Part shown: piece by piece, positions 1 through 15,287 of the stretch
Layout: every line of letters starts with the position of its first letter
How positions within the stretch are numbered: the first letter of the stretch is position 1
Assembly: GCA_951406725.2 (NCBI GenBank)
Contig: OX597832.1
Span: 558,001-622,000, forward strand
From: Octopus vulgaris
Lineage: Eukaryota
Length of the DNA stretch: 64,000 bases
Direction of reading: 5' to 3'
Notes under the pieces: model-generated
What the model was told of the DNA's origin: nothing
What the model saw: only the letters and a program-made list of their open reading frames with translations
Database searches by the model: none
Made by a program: the position numbers and the translations under genes

Positions 1-1448
1 TAATTCACCTGTTTATGTTTGATGAAATCAGTGTTTATAGTTGTATGTTAGAGTACTTTTAACTGGTTACGGTCTTTTCCAGACATGAAAATATATAATA
101 AATTAGCATGTGTATTGTTTTGTCTATTTCAAATATTTCTTATATCATCAGGGCAGATTGTGTAGATATAAAAAATATTTGAAATAGACATAGAATTTGG
201 GTGTCTGAGAGTGATGTTTGTGAAAGTAGAAAATAATTTGGAAGAGTGAAAATAGTGAGCATGAATGGTAGTTTTCGCAGAAGGAGGTAACAAAGAGAGT
301 TAAGAAGGACAGTTGAAGTTCCTAAGTGTATAGTGACTAGTTGGAAACAAAATAAGTGTCGTCACAATCAGGACACTTATGATGTGATTGTCATCAACTG
401 ACATGGAATTTTGAAAATAAATATATTTTTAGAAATTTCTTTTAAGGATATCTGTTTGTTACCTTGAACGTCATTGAAATACTAGCTCATTAGGATATTA
501 CAGATACTAGTAGTAAAATATGAACTGGGAAATGTATGAACTGGTTTTACCTGAAACAGAGACAGTATATATATTTCGGTGTTGCATTCTTGGCCAGTTT
601 TCATATTGTGGCAGCTCTTCTATAACTGAAAGTCACAGCAAGTCACTGGACAGCCAGTTTGTTCCAGGGAGGAGAATGAGGAGAAGGGGAGGAGGGGAGG
701 AATGAATGAATGAATCGGGAAAGTTTCTTCTTGGCGTCATTTCTAGCTGAACTTTATCCAAAATACCAGACATTGATAAAATACCTTTTCTTATGATATA
801 ACTATGATATCTGATTTGGTAGTTTCTTGTAGATTAAGGTGATATATGCAGTAACAAGATTGAATGAATGATTCTATTAATCTATCTCTCTATCTTTAAC
901 TGTATAGGTACAAAGTCTTCCTTTTACTACGGAATCTTGTACAACATTATATAACATGTGTTGCGTGTTCACTTGTCGAAATAATACAAGAAACAAACTT
1001 TAAAATAACAGTGAGACTTTATTCCTCTGATAAATAATACAGTGGACAAAATAAACATATCACGGATTCTGGTGGTTGTATAATTCATCCATCGCATACA
1101 TAATTCAGCTCTAGCCGTCTTTGGTTATATGTGCTTCGTTATAACGGCAGGGAAATAACACCACTCGCCTTCATGAAAATCGCTCACCCCTCTTTCATAG
1201 ATGTTTTGTTAATTCAATGTATATGCAGAGGTAGGCTCCAGCGCAGATTCAGATTAGTTGTTTGAGAATGTATTACGCACAACGCGATTAGATCCGCGAT
1301 CCAATCCCGCGCAATACTTGACCAATCAAAGTACAGGGCTCAACCGATGTTCCAAACTGAAATGATAGGTCAGAAGACCAATCACTACAGATTAACGTAT
1401 GGAGCCTATAAAAGGCTATATGCCATAATAGAAATTGGTCTTGCTACA

Positions 1449-1557
<109 letters not shown>

Positions 1558-2904
1558 AACGATCTATTTCTCTATCGATCGAAAAGTATATAATATTACT
1601 ATCACCGTAATCTACTCTTCAACAATAATACTTTGATGTTTCTATCGGGAAGCACTGATTGATCTCTCACCTTAAATACACAGTGCACTCTGGACACTTG
1701 CTAAGCTAAGTTGATTAACTTACCACTGATTTTGCTGAATCTTACTTTTCATCATGCATCAACTAAACTAACTTTCCAGGTAGCTCTCCATCAAATAAAC
1801 TCAACATATTTACTACTTACTTTGTTTCCCACTAGTCACTGTACACTTAGAAACATCACTCTTAAACTGTCCTTCTTAACTCTCTTTGTTACCTTCTTCT
1901 GCGAAAACTTCACCGAAAACTTCAACCCAACAAAATGATCTGTTTTGATATTTCTTCATTACCTTAAAACAATTGATCATGTTGGTCAATCTGGGCTGCC
2001 TTGAAGTTAAACTACAAAAACCATCCTTTAGTGTGGGTCTAGCACCAAATCATCATTTCGCTTTTAAGGAAACACTTTCTCTACATTCTCCTGGCACATA
2101 ACACATACAATACTAACGTGTTACGCATTCAGTTCAGTATGAACAGAGGTATTATAACACCATCATCAAATGTAGACTTCTTTTTCCTGGAAATAGAATG
2201 TATATGAAAATTTTTATATCTATAAAATGTGCATACATACGCAAACGTAGTAACTCTTGACTATTTGCAAATATTTACTCATGCAAAGTTTCGTGTATGT
2301 GATCAATGGACAAAGGAAATGAGTGAGCAATGAAGTTTTGTTTTTGAAGCTGAAATGATTTGAATTGTTATCGTGTGAATTGGTCAATTCTGATCCAGCA
2401 GGTTAGTCAGCGTAATAACTACGTCCTCCGGAGATCCATTTAACCAATAACACATTTCACTCTTGCCGAGAACCACACTGCACACATCGGCATACAGTGA
2501 TGAATTGTATTGATTAATGTTGTACTCTATTCAGACAAATTCTGTACACCCTCAGGTGGTGTCCACGGCGGAAGCGATCGAGGTGGGACTTGTTCAGAGA
2601 GTCACGTTTGCTTAACGTGTATTAATTAGTGTATTGTAAGGTGGCGGCAATAGATTGCTGCATTCAATTTGGAATAATGGGTTTTGAAAATAAGATTGGT
2701 GTTGTGTAAAATGAAAGCACAATATGGAGGGAAGTATATTTGGTAGTGTTCCATAGAAACAGGAATTGGGGAACGAATAGAGAATGAGGAGTATCAGAGA
2801 AAGAAAGAGAGAGGGGGAGAGAAAAAGAGAGAGGGGAGAAAGAAAGAGAGGGAGAGAGAGAGAGAGAGAGAGGGAGAAAGACAGAAAGAAATATGGCAAT
2901 TAGC

Positions 2905-3020
2905 TACAAATTTAAGCACCAGACAGAATGTTTCGCGGTATCGCTACACTCCCCACTCTGAGTTCAAATAACACCAAAGCCAACATACTTTGCTTTTCAT
3001 ACTTTCAAACACGATAAAAA
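2905..3020 (+). mobile_element. Degenerate tRNA-derived SINE fragment (same family as 15733-15953)
   Basis: TCTGAGTTCAAAT B-box-like segment and ACTTTGCTTTTCAT...CGATAAA core resemble the 15733 copy. Confidence 0.55.
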
Positions 3021-3022
3021 TG

Positions 3023-3881
3023 TCAAAGCGGTGGATTACCTTTTCGTTCTGAATTCAAATCATGCCATGGTCTACTTGGGTAGTAGACTTTAGCCCTCGT
3101 TGTGACACTAGTTAATTCCTCAGTAGTTTTAGTGATCGACAAATATGTTGCCACAGTATTCATCTGCAGTGATGGGGGTACCTTTTGTAATAGTTCCGAG
3201 AGGCGAGACGAGTAATCCCGCTCGACTGTGTAGTTCTTCAATTTAGAAACATCAAAGTGCCGTGCTCTCTTTGCAGATTTATTGTGGTAGGGAAGGTTTT
3301 TGCAGTTTGCACCGGGAAATGAGTAGTCGATGATCCACCCGACAGTCATTTGCACCGGGGAAGTGGAAGGTCACATTTACGTCGTTCCTGACACAGGAGC
3401 TGGTCAGGACGTAATTGCGATCGGAAAAGAAAGAATCCTCGATTTCGTCATTAGAATCAAGGGTAGGGACATAAGCTGAGACCGGCATAAGGTGATAGTT
3501 ATTGAGAAAGGGAAGGCGGAGGAACATGAGCCACTCACTGATAGAAGTGTGTGCCAGATTGTATCTGTTCACTAGGGAAGTCTTCACCACGAAGCCAATA
3601 CCGTGGGTTAGCTGCTCTGTATGATCTTTGCCTTTCCAGAGAAAAGTGTAATTCGCTCCTTCTTTACAAAGACTGCCCTCGCTCGCGTATCTTGTTTCAA
3701 ATAGGGCTGCAATGTCCACATTGTAACAATTCAGCTCCCTGCTCACTAGGCGGTACTTCCTGTGGGGTCTCTCCATGTCATCCAGGTCCAGGAGTGTGCG
3801 CACATTCCACCTTTCCCAGAGTAAGGGGGGTTTCTTTTTCTTGTTCTTGCTACCGCTGTAGTGGGTCACTAATGGCATCAA
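3023..3881 (-). pseudogene. RTE-clade LINE fragment, AP-endonuclease domain, disrupted
   Basis: WNVRTLL, VDIAALFETR, HGIGF, SAYVPT and DHRL motifs parallel the RTE at 49.3 kb; frameshifted. Confidence 0.85.
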
Positions 3882-3939
3882 TAAGCCAAACAGAGTGGTG
3901 TTCGATGTTTACCCCACTTTTTCTAGGAGCTTCCTCGCA

Positions 3940-4165
3940 CAGTCATGAAGACTCGATGTAAGGACTATACTACTACCAATGAAGAGGTTCTTCTCCGGGT
4001 TGACTACCTAGCAATGAAGCTAACGTGGCACGATATCGACTCCCCTGATCTGCACACATTATACGTATGCCTCAAAAGCACCTCCCCCCATCAACTCCTC
4101 TTTGCGGAGTTTGCTTCAGGCATCAGACAACGCAGAGCCCCCAAATTCCTTCAACCTAAGATATG
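3940..4165 (+). mobile_element. RTE-clade LINE C-terminal fragment, inverted relative to the adjacent EN fragment
   Basis: NEEVLLR...HQLLFAEF.SG.RQR.APK resembles the post-RT region of RTE elements. Confidence 0.55.
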
Positions 4166-4559
4166 ATTTCATCTATCCCTAGATACCTGTAGCATTTCTA
4201 ATCAGATATTTAATAAGCAGTCAAATCGTAGGTGGAAATGCTGTCAGTCTGGCTTACAGTTTTCCCTTGTTTCACAACTATATCGGAACATTTATCCTAC
4301 CCAGACTCCAACCTTATCTCCTTCGAGAATATTGTAACCAAGCCAAGGTTCTTTCTCATATCATGCATATGTCTGATGTATAGCCCCAAATCATTCACTA
4401 AAAAGCAACGTGCAATCTTGATACTTATGTCTCCCTACGAACCAATGAGACACCCTTCATACTTCTTTAACTCTGCAGTGGTACTATGAAAAAATTACGT
4501 CAGTTTGACCCCCATCTTTAAAAATGCATTTAGATACTGGAAATTTTAGGTTTTTTTTA

Positions 4560-6330
4560 ATCAAACAACGTTTATTGTCTGAATAATGCATTGCAGTATT
4601 TCATGTGTAAATATTTTATCCTGGCACTGATTGTTGACCATCTTAACTATCCTCTTCACACCCGAAGTTATTGCCTCCACTGCATGTGAACCTTGTCTTC
4701 TTGACCTTTGATTTTGGGCAATTGAAACATATCTTGCATTGTGATAAATGATGCTGGATGGTGCTTTGAACAGCAGAGGGTGCTTCTGGTAAAACTCTAC
4801 AGCGGTGTTTGAGGTGTCCCCCAATCTGCGTTGAATGTGCAGAGTGGTTAACGAAATCGTCAGTTCTTTCAAAAATGTCTGTCACTTGTGTTTCCTCTTT
4901 CCTCCAAAGGTAGGTACATTGTGAGTGAAAATGACAAATGCATTTAGTGCAGAGCTGTCAAGCATCCCATAGAAAACCCTCATTAGCCAACGATTTGTCT
5001 TTTTTTGGTGTTGTATACAGGGTACAAATTTGATCGTGACAATCGACACCTCTTTCTTCATGGTTATAGAACATTTATTTCTTTTTCAGTAACTTCGTTT
5101 TTCTTTTTAGTATCATGAATAATAGATAAGAATACTATTCTACTGTTTTTCTTTGGAGAGATTGATAGTAAAGCGAAGTCGTTGATATTGGTCAAATGCA
5201 TATTGCGCGGTTCCTTCATATGCTTTTATCAAGAAGCTGGGAGGTATGCATCGTTTCTTCTTCATTGTACCTACTAGAGTAAGGTTCTTCAGTTTCAGTT
5301 CCATGACCAGAGGAATGGATGTATAATGGTTATCAGTGGTAATGTTTCTGTTTATTTCTGAGATAGGCCTAATCAAATCTAAAACCGCTTGGGTTGGTAC
5401 TGATAATACTAGAATATGATTGCCAGTTCCTACACACATTTTGAAAGAAACCGAGTTGAATGATTGGGCTTAAGTCAGAACATACACCTTGATCCCATAT
5501 TTGCTGGGTTTGCTGGGGATATATTGCTAGAAATTACACCTTCCTCTGGATCCAAGAAGACTTTCATCAACTGTACAAACAGTACCTGGTGTATAGTGTT
5601 CTTCGCAAGCTGCAACAAACTTTTCATAGATGTCTCGAATAGTCGCAAATTTGTCAATGTCTCTTTGCTGATCTCTCATGGTGGAATCCTCAAAACGTAG
5701 AGAAAAGGAAAACGCTTCCGATCACTACTGCCATACATAAAGTTTTGCTAGTACTATCAGCAACCCAGACACATGTAGCACTCTCCTGAGAGCTTTCTGT
5801 AACACCCAAGAATAGCAGAATACCTAGGTGAGCACGGAATTCTGTCTCGCTTGTGTTGTATATTAACCCAGGGCTGGTTTTGTAATTCTTTCTCACATTT
5901 TCATTCTTCTGATTTGTTCATGTTACAACTTTTGATAGCGTAAATTTATCAAAAATAAAAAAAGATCGAATGATTTCAAGAGTGTGCCTGCCTCACGTCC
6001 TTTACCCTTTGACCCAGTGTACCCATGACAATCTTTCGCCTTGGTGTTCGTCTCTTTTTCTTTTCTTTCGCTTTGTTGACCACAAATCTGCATCTTTTCC
6101 TCGAATTTCTTGACTAACAGAATCTTGATTCTCTCCAAGTCCCGAATCACTTGCACTTTCTTCACTGTTTGAACTTGACAGGGCACCAAGTTCGAATAAC
6201 CTCGCGTGACTGACACGAGCTGAATACATGAACGTTGACCAATCTATTTGAACGTTAACGGAAAGCATTGTGAACCACATTTCTACTTTGAAAAAGGCCA
6301 TTTTTATAACAACGGCCAAAATAGACATAA
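4560..6330 (-). mobile_element. piggyBac-family transposase pseudogene
   Basis: Fragments NITTDNHYTSIPL...LTLVGTMKK, KPSKYGIK, RWLMRVFYGMLD and a C-terminal Cys-rich region; many frameshifts; ends approximate. Confidence 0.85.
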
Positions 6331-6649
6331 TTCACGACACAGTTCTATATACCATACACTTTTGAAAATTGAATGTGAAACCGGTAAAGTGTATTGATAT
6401 ATCTTGAAATACAATTAAATTCTAATTAATTGTAATATATTCTCTGTGAATTTTCAATTTCATTTCTTCTATTCCTCCACTTATATATTAATAATGATAA
6501 GGAGAATGGAGCTTTTTCACATTCAGTATTTTATTAAATAGTTATTTACAGCATCCTTTTCTGGATCTACGCGCGTTTTAACTGCATCGACTGCACACTG
6601 TTAGATATGTAACCTGGTGTCATGATCGGTGCAGTTCATCAGGTTCCTC

Positions 6650-8468
6650 ATTTACTGCTGTTTCGAAGTGAAACTGAAGGAATCAGCAAACTGAATGAAT
6701 AAACTACTCAAATAAGTAACAATTCTAATAACAAGTGGACCAAATAAAAAAAAGACAGGGAAATAGGCTAAACACTTTTCTAGGTACTTAACCAAAACTG
6801 TAGGCAACCATACCAAAAATTTCTCTAGTAAAAATATATCTCGTAGTGTGAGTGGTATATATTTCCCTCGGAAAGTAAATTCTTTCCGACATTCCAAAAT
6901 TATTCTACTTTGCATTGGAAAAATATTTCCCAAAATTAGTAGGTGTTTTATAGTGTTTAATAGGCATAAAATTAGACTTATATTTTCTAAAGCCGGAACC
7001 GCGTGCAAATTATAGCAGTACACAACGCGAGTAAGTTAAGTAATTTCCATGAGAATACTGATGGTAATAATCCGAATATAATTAGTGGATTAGCAATATA
7101 TAATAAAGATGTTGATATAATTGACCAAGCTAGGGGCACGCGTAATAGCTATAGCAGAAGCACAAACCAAAGGGAAGCAACCGTAACTAACTCAGATGTG
7201 AAACTAGGAAGGGCAGACAAGAACGCTAGAAAGTACAGTACTCTCAATGTCATCAATGGGAATAGCAGAAATAACCTGGAACATAACGAAATAAGATAGA
7301 GATTACCTTGAATGAAACCAACATAGTAAATAAAACAGAATTAGAAGAGTTAAAAACTGTGATTGCGCTAGGAATAGACAATGTCCCTTAAACTTCGAAT
7401 GTAAGATTAAAAATGCGGTTTGCAGGTGCAAAGTTACATCAGAAGTCAAAGAGTATTTTTATATAGGTGCCAGCTCAAGTTTTATTAAACAAAGAATAGT
7501 TAACCATGAAAATTCATTCAGCTATAGAAGCAAAAAAAAAAATGTACGAGCCTCAGAAAATTAATTTGGTCGCTGATGGACAGTAACAAAATATATTCAA
7601 TTGGCTGGGATATTATTAGTAAGGCTAAACCGTATATTATAGGTGGTAAAAGATTTATGTGTAGAGGAAGTATACCACATTTTCACTTCTAAATTTAATC
7701 TGATAAACGCTAGATGAGAACGTGGCTTAAGGTGTCTTCAAGCAAGAAAATTTACTTTTAAAGAATTGAAATAAATGTATTACACTAGATATAATAATAA
7801 AAATCATAAAAAAATTATTAGAATAACAATTTTGAAAACAAGAAACAAAAAATAAACTGAAATAAGTTGAATACCTATAAACTAAGAATATTCTCCTTGA
7901 AATGAGTGGAATGGTAAACTTCTAATAGTTATAATAAATTTATACAAACATTCAATCCGACCTTGACCTATTTGAAAGACTGTTTCGCTTCACCTACCAC
8001 ATTTAGTAGAGGTGAACCCTAGAGCAAGATTCCTACAATTATTAACAGTAGCACCCATATCTCCTAAAAAACTTTATTCATTCCGTTTGCGGATTCCTGC
8101 AGTTCCACTTCGAAAGGGCAGTAAACAAGGGCCCTGGTAAAACTGCACCGACCATAACACAAGGTTGCATATCTAACAGTGTGCAAGTGATGCATTTGAA
8201 ACGCGTGTAGGTCTAGAAAAAGATGTTGTAAACAACTTTTAATAAAATTATGGATGTGAAAAATCTCCGTTCTTATCATTGTTAATACTATTACGGAAAC
8301 TATGCAGTCCTGAATAGGACACTCGGATTTACAAAGCGAGAATAATTACCAGAGTCTAGCAACTTATTGTTAACTCGGGTATCACAAAAGGACCGTTGTA
8401 GTTAGCCGGCATCTGAAGCCGAATTTAGAGGAAACACGGTAACCACCAGGATTATATATCCCTTTAAA

Positions 8469-8470
<2 letters not shown>
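6650..8470 (+). mobile_element. Degenerate Penelope-like element (GIY-YIG region and 3' pLTR-like tail)
   Basis: YIGASSSFIKQRIVNHENSF near 7460 and W.II.KAKPY near 7600 are GIY-YIG remnants. Confidence 0.65.
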
Positions 8471-8516
<46 letters not shown>

Positions 8517-9419
8517 TACATACATGCCACAATAATACTCTCATACACAAAGTATTAAAATAAAACCAAAAACACAAACACATATACACACCCGCCACAA
8601 TATATAAAACATATTTCCAAAAACAAAACAACACACATATACTCACACAGACAAAACAATGCGCGCGCACGCATACACAGTTAGCATTACCCTACAACAC
8701 ACTTACATAAACACATACATACACACCCATGCACTAACATATAAAAAAACAATACACATACACACAACAAAGCAAATGGAAAATAATTCCTTCCAAATTC
8801 TTTGAATGACCATCCTTAAAAAACACTTAACCGCTAAACCATATTCTTTCAATAGAAAAATAAAAATGGAAAAATGTTTTGACGATATATTCCAAAACAC
8901 TCACACACAGCTGGCCACAACCTGAATAGAAGCTTCCCATTCAATTCAAAAGACTTCTTATCAATAGCATTTCTGAAACTTGAACTCTTGAACCCCACAC
9001 CAAACCTACATTGACAAAATATTTATAAGAGAATGATTCTAAAGTAAAATTTCACTAAGAACTAAAACATAGGTACAAACTATTAATCTGTAATTATTTT
9101 TTCTACCCATACCAACACCTCTCCAGCCCACCCACACCCCGACACCATACCACACACCACCACACTATCCCACACCATTCCACTCACACCAGCACTGACC
9201 ACTTCCCAGCACCCACACCACATCTACACACCATCATCCACACATTACAGACGCACACTTACACACTTACACATCCACACATGTCAAAGTCACTAGCCCC
9301 TATCAACACATACACATTCTCACGTACACACACACACGCATGCACACCTTCATTTTGGGATCCTCAATACTTTATTATCTCCCCTTCTTTCGACCTCTCC
9401 TGTCAAACCTTTTTTTCCT

Positions 9420-12400
9420 GACCAGTCGCCATGTTTAATCGCTATATCCACAATTTTTTTTATTTTCTCTGTTTATATCTTTCTGTCGAAGAGCGTAGAC
9501 TCGAAACGTAAAAGTCTTTCTCACTATTCTGAGCGTCAAACTAATACACCTGCTTGTTGTTCATAAACCTGTCTTCGTCTTTTGTTTGTAAATTTCAACT
9601 ATATATTATACACTCACGTGATCACCCGTTTTACCTACTTTAACCTCTTACTCTTTGAACTTACACATTTCAACTACTTCCTGAACTTTCTGCGCCTCTT
9701 ATCTACATACCAGCACTCCACCCGGATTACCACTGGATATACTTACAGATCTCACTGGACTTTTCTGTTGAAGAAAAATCGTTCCAATGTATCACGACGC
9801 CTGAATTTTTTGATCTTTTTGTTTTTTCATACTCCGTACGTTGTTACTTTGCCTTTCTTTCTCCTTTTCTTCTCTTTTTCTCTCATTTTCTTCCTTTTTT
9901 CTTCTCTTCACGACTTTTGAATTTTTTGAACTTTTATACTCTGTACGTCATTACTTTGCCTTTTTCTCTCCTTTTCTTCTTTTTTCACCTTTTTCCAGCA
10001 TGCCCGATTACAAATCCTTCCTCCTCCACCTTCATCACCGCCTAAAGAAACACCTTTCCACGGTTCCTTTCCGCTGCTTTCAACTTTTTATTAATCTTGC
10101 CCTACTGATTTTCAAAAAAAAAACGCGGTTCTCTAGTCACGTTCCTTTCTCAGTCACTGCCCTCACCACCATCTCATCCCCCAAAGATTTCCACCTCCAT
10201 TTCCACCCCACTTTCCACTCTACTTCTGCCATCCTGTCCATACTCCGTACTACGCCCTACCACTTTATGCGTCCCATCACTCGTTGTAATCTCTCCAAAA
10301 TACACCCCTCGACCGCCTTCTCCCTCTCGTTTATTCTAATTTTTTTTCCTCTTTTTCATCCTCGTTTGCACATTCCACTCTACGTTTCATAATCCATTTA
10401 AATCATCTTTTCTAAGAGTTCCTCGTTCGCACTAAACAACAAACTCCACTCACTCCTTCATTCTGTCACAGCCGATGCCCCTTACCCACCCATTCCCCAC
10501 CCTCTCCCTCCCCCAACTTTTCCATTACTCCAATCCTCACGCACTTACTACTCCTCTCTCTCCTCCCAGCCTTCCACCACCCTACCTCACCTCCCATATC
10601 TAACTCATCAACCCCAACATTTTAATATCTCCCCGGTCGAACTCTCGGCCCTTTGATGTCTCCGATGCCGCAAAGACATCATCATAAAACTGGCTGACAA
10701 GGGTGGAGCCGTGGTGGTGTGATTCCACCAATTTCAAGACACCTCCTTCTATTGCCCTCCGCACTCCAACCCCTCGCATAACTACCAACAGACTGTGCCC
10801 TCTATTATCCATGACCTCATCACCACCTCCCGTCTCCCTCCCACCACCTCCAACCTCATTGTCTGCACTTAACGCAACCCCACCATTTACTTCCTTCCCA
10901 AAATCCAAAAGCCCAACAACCCTGGCAGCCCCATCGTCTTCGCCTGTAACTGCTCCACGGAATTGATCTCAAAATACCTCGACCGTGTCCTTTCCCTCTA
11001 GTGGTTTCCCCCCTCACACATCCACGACACTAACCATGCCCTCCATCTCTTCAACTCTTTTTCCTTCTCTCCTCGCCCCTCTAAACTTCTCTTTACTCTT
11101 GATATCAAGAGTTTATATACGGTGATCCCGCACAACGAAGGACTTATTGCACTTAAACACTTCCCAGACCTTCGACCCAACCCCTAACCTGACACCGCCG
11201 CAATTCTTCGTCTGGCCAAGCATGTTCTCTCTCTCAACTGCTCACGGGGTAATTTTCACCAACAGTATTCGGGAGTGGCCATTGGAACGAGAATGGGTCC
11301 CAACTAAGCAAATATGTTCGTTGGCTACGTTGAGGCCCAAATATCCTCACGATTCACTGGTCTCACTCCCAAACTATACGGTCGTTATATTGATGACTGT
11401 ATTAGTGCGACCTCACTCGCCCGCGAACAACTAGACTGCTTCCTCTCTTTTGTCCAATCCTTCCATCCTGCCCTTGAATTCTCTTGCACTATTTCCATCA
11501 CTTCCGTCCCATTTCTCGACGTTTCGGTCAACATACCATACTCCGCTCTCAGTACCTCCATCCACTACAAACGAACCGATTCACACTCATACCTCAACTC
11601 TTGCTCTACTCTACCCACACCAAGCTCTCCATCCCCTACTCCAATTCCTCCGTCTGCGCAGGCTCTGCAGTGACAACTATGACTTCAAGACTCAGTCTCA
11701 ACTCATGCTTCACCACTTCATCCTTCGTGTATATCTACTCACCACTATCCACACAGCCCTTGCCAAAGCACTTCCGTGTACCGTGCCTCTACTCTCTCTT
11801 TCCGCAGCCTCTCCGCCGTTGCCCGTTTCCCGTTTCCCCTCACCAACCACTCCACCACCCTGATACTCCAAAGCACCATTCTCCCAGCGTTCCGGCGACT
11901 CCAGTCCGACCGCTCCACCTCACACTTCTTCCCCAACCTACCCATTCCCTCTTTCAAACGTGCCCAAACCTGCACGACCTTCTGGTTCACAGTTTCTTCC
12001 CTAACCTCACCGCCCAACCTGGCTCGTTCCCCTGCTCCCACCCACGCTGCCGTACTTGCCCTTATCTCTCCAACACCACCATCTTCACAGGCACCCATCA
12101 TCATCCCTATCATATCACCGACTCCTTTACCTGCAATTTCGAGCAACATCATTTACTGGATATCCTGATCTTTCTGCCCGTCTCCCTACATCTGTCAAAC
12201 GGGACGCCGCTTGGCTGACCGGTTCGCGGAGCACCTCCGAGACATCCCGATCTCACGCCATTTCCTCTCTACTGGTCATTTACTACAACACCTGTCTCTG
12301 TTCGGATTGTTTTTGAACAAGGGCCATCCGGACTCCCGCCTTCCTCGTGAACAGGAATTAATCTTCTCTCTTCGCTCCTTTGTACCACGTTGGCTCAACT

Positions 12401-12680
12401 TCCCTCCTCTTTTCATCTGACACTTACTTCCTCTCTTTACTCCCACCCACCTCTCCTCTCCTCCTCTGACACCTACTTCCTTTCTTCACTCCTACCCACA
12501 TTCTCTCTTCATTGATACTCCCTGCACACCCACCCTACCACCACAGACCCCACTCCCACATACCCCACCCCTACCGCCACACTCACATCTCCATCTCACT
12601 CTTCCAAGCGTCAAACTAATACACCTGCTTATTGTTCATACACCTGTCTTCGTCTTTTCTTTTTCTGTAAATTTCAACCA
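9420..12680 (+). mobile_element. Penelope-like retroelement (RT + GIY-YIG), disrupted, flanked by direct pLTR segments
   Basis: ADKGGAVV, LDIKSLYTVIP, GTRMGPN*ANMFVGYVE, YGRYIDDC, RRLADRFAEHLRDI; AGCGTCAAACTAATACACCTGCTT...AATTTCAAC repeated at about 9531-9599 and 12607-12679. Confidence 0.9.
9478..9515 (+). ncRNA. Minimal type I hammerhead-like motif in a PLE pLTR (variant core CTGTCGA)
   Basis: CTTT-CTGTCGA-A-GAG.CGTAGA.CTC-GAAA-CG-TA-AAAG. Confidence 0.5.
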
Positions 12681-12857
12681 TATATATATATATATATATA
12701 AGATATAAGATATAAGTTAGAGGTTATGCAACCATCTAAGGAACAGATGTATCTGTAGGCACTCTTGGTGTATTACCTCAGTATGTATGGTCCTTGTTAT
12801 AAGGTATACGGTAGTAGGTAATTTAAAGGTAAAACCGTGGCTTAATATATAGAGACG

Positions 12858-13410
12858 ATAAGAAATGGAGCAATAATTAACTATGAGAAGTGGATCATTG
12901 GTGTTTTAAAGTCATTGTTTAATTAAATTGGGAGTATTTTTACAGCTGATTCTATTTATCAAAATGGGGGAAATTCGTATTTACCTCGCTACAATTGATA
13001 AACATCTTCAGGACGATTATATGGCAAAGATAAAATAGAAGGAAAAAAGGGAAAGTGTTCGTTAAAGCAATAGTCTTACATTTTAGTTATTTACATATTT
13101 CCACGTGTCAGTAGGAGGATACAAGAGAAGAGAGTTCGTTAAATCCATAGTCTTGCATCTAGTGATTTTCATATTTCCACGTGTCCGTAGGTTCCTACAT
13201 TCGGTGCTTTAACGAACGCTTTTCCCTTTTTCCTTCTATTTTATCTTTGCCATATAATCGTTCTGAAGATGTTTATCAATTGTAGCGAGGTAAATGCAAA
13301 TTTACCCCATTTTTATAAATAGAAACAGCTGTAAACATACTCCTAATTTAATTAAACAATGACTTCTCATTGAGCCACTTCTCATTGTTAATTACTGCCC
13401 CATTTCTTAC
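12858..13410. repeat. Fold-back (inverted) pair of PLE pLTR fragments
   Basis: About 12858-13069 is the diverged reverse complement of about 13205-13410; a related copy lies at about 59020-59215. Confidence 0.85.
13260..13336 (+). ncRNA. Type I hammerhead ribozyme, PLE-type
   Basis: GTT-CTGAAGA-TGTTTAT...ATAAATA-GAAA-CAGCTG-TA-AAC; canonical core with palindromic stem-loop III. Confidence 0.7.
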
Positions 13411-13925
<515 letters not shown>

Positions 13926-13939
13926 GAATATATATATTA

Positions 13940-14555
13940 AAGTTAGATAAGGCCGGTTTATGGGATTACATTAGGTATCGCATCCATAAAGGGTTTAGCT
14001 TTATGGTGTATCATCATATCCCAAAGCCTGTTGGCTTAAGGCCTCTCTAGCGAGTGGCCTCTCTAGAATATGGAAGAGGAGAGGATCCTGTTACTCAATG
14101 TCAACGAAGTGGATTGTCTGTCTTTGGATGTCGATCGTCGGTGACCCTGCCATCATGTGGGTTGCAATAGGTCAGCAGGAATTTCCTGAAATGTAAGCAT
14201 GATCCAAAGACCTCCGTTCTGAAGTTAAGGATGTTCCCTGAGTCGAGGGAGTCCTTTAGGATCCTCACTCTTTCCGCTATGCATAATTTACAGCGCTTGG
14301 TCCCGTTCAAGTAGGGACCTGTATTTTCTAGGATTATCCACGATATTGTGTATGGAATCCCGTCGTCTAATGTTAGGTAAGGCCGGTTTATGGGGTTACC
14401 TTAGGTTTCACCTCCATAAAGGGTTTAGCTTTATGGGATTCTGAATGAGGTTGGAGTGGCGTTGTTTAAACGATTTCCTGGAACAGCCAATGTATCTCCG
14501 TGGTCGGGTGTTGGTGGTGTTGTATCTCTTGGTGTTGACATTGCTGCCACCACTG

Positions 14556-14560
<5 letters not shown>
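13940..14560 (-). mobile_element. PLE GIY-YIG C-terminal and pLTR fragments
   Basis: KRCKLCIAERVRIL...ILNFRTEVFGSCLHFRKF is a typical PLE C-terminus; 14375-14437 duplicates 13945-14005. Confidence 0.7.
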
Positions 14561-14595
<35 letters not shown>

Positions 14596-14600
<5 letters not shown>

Positions 14601-15222
14601 GGTTTGGAGATGATGTACAGGTATCATATATTAGAAGAAATAAGGTACTCAGAAATCTGGATGGTTTTATATTTACAGATATTTATTAATATGTCACATG
14701 TTTTTATAAATCATATATTAGCGCTTGTGTCCACTCTAGTGGGGTCTTCAGATTGAATTTTTTCAGATTTGTCTCTTTTTATGGTATTATTGAGTGTGTA
14801 GGGGTGGAGAGAGATATAAGATAGTAAAAGAGGGTGAGGAATGAGGAGAAAGTGAGAGAGAGAGAGAGATAGTGCGTGCGTGTGTGCGTGTGTGTGTGCC
14901 TTTATATCTGAAAGTAGTGTCAATGGAAAAGAGAAGGAAAGGAAGAAGGGAGAGAGAAAGAAGAAATAATGTGTTTACTTTTATACAGCTGGTCAGTTCT
15001 TTCAATAGAAAGTAATTCTTGGCTTTTAGAAATGGCAAAACCTCTCTCTACCTTTAAACACTCAATAACACTATGAAAAGAGACGAAATCTCCTGAAAAA
15101 ATTCAATCTGAAGACCCCACTAGAGTAGATGTAAGCACTTATATATGATTTATAAAAACATGTGACATATTAATAAATATCTGTAAATATAAAACCATCC
15201 AGATTTCTGAGTACCTTATTTC

Positions 15223-15228
<6 letters not shown>
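14596..15228. repeat. Fold-back pLTR-like pair between (TA)n tracts
   Basis: About 14625-14795 is the reverse complement of about 15060-15228. Confidence 0.85.

Positions 15229-15287
<59 letters not shown>

Noticed and set aside
12858-13410. ADAR-like bias between fold-back arms (also checked 30504-30636 vs 36030-36163)
   Set aside because: Differences between the arms are mixed transitions, transversions and indels with no directional A>G excess.
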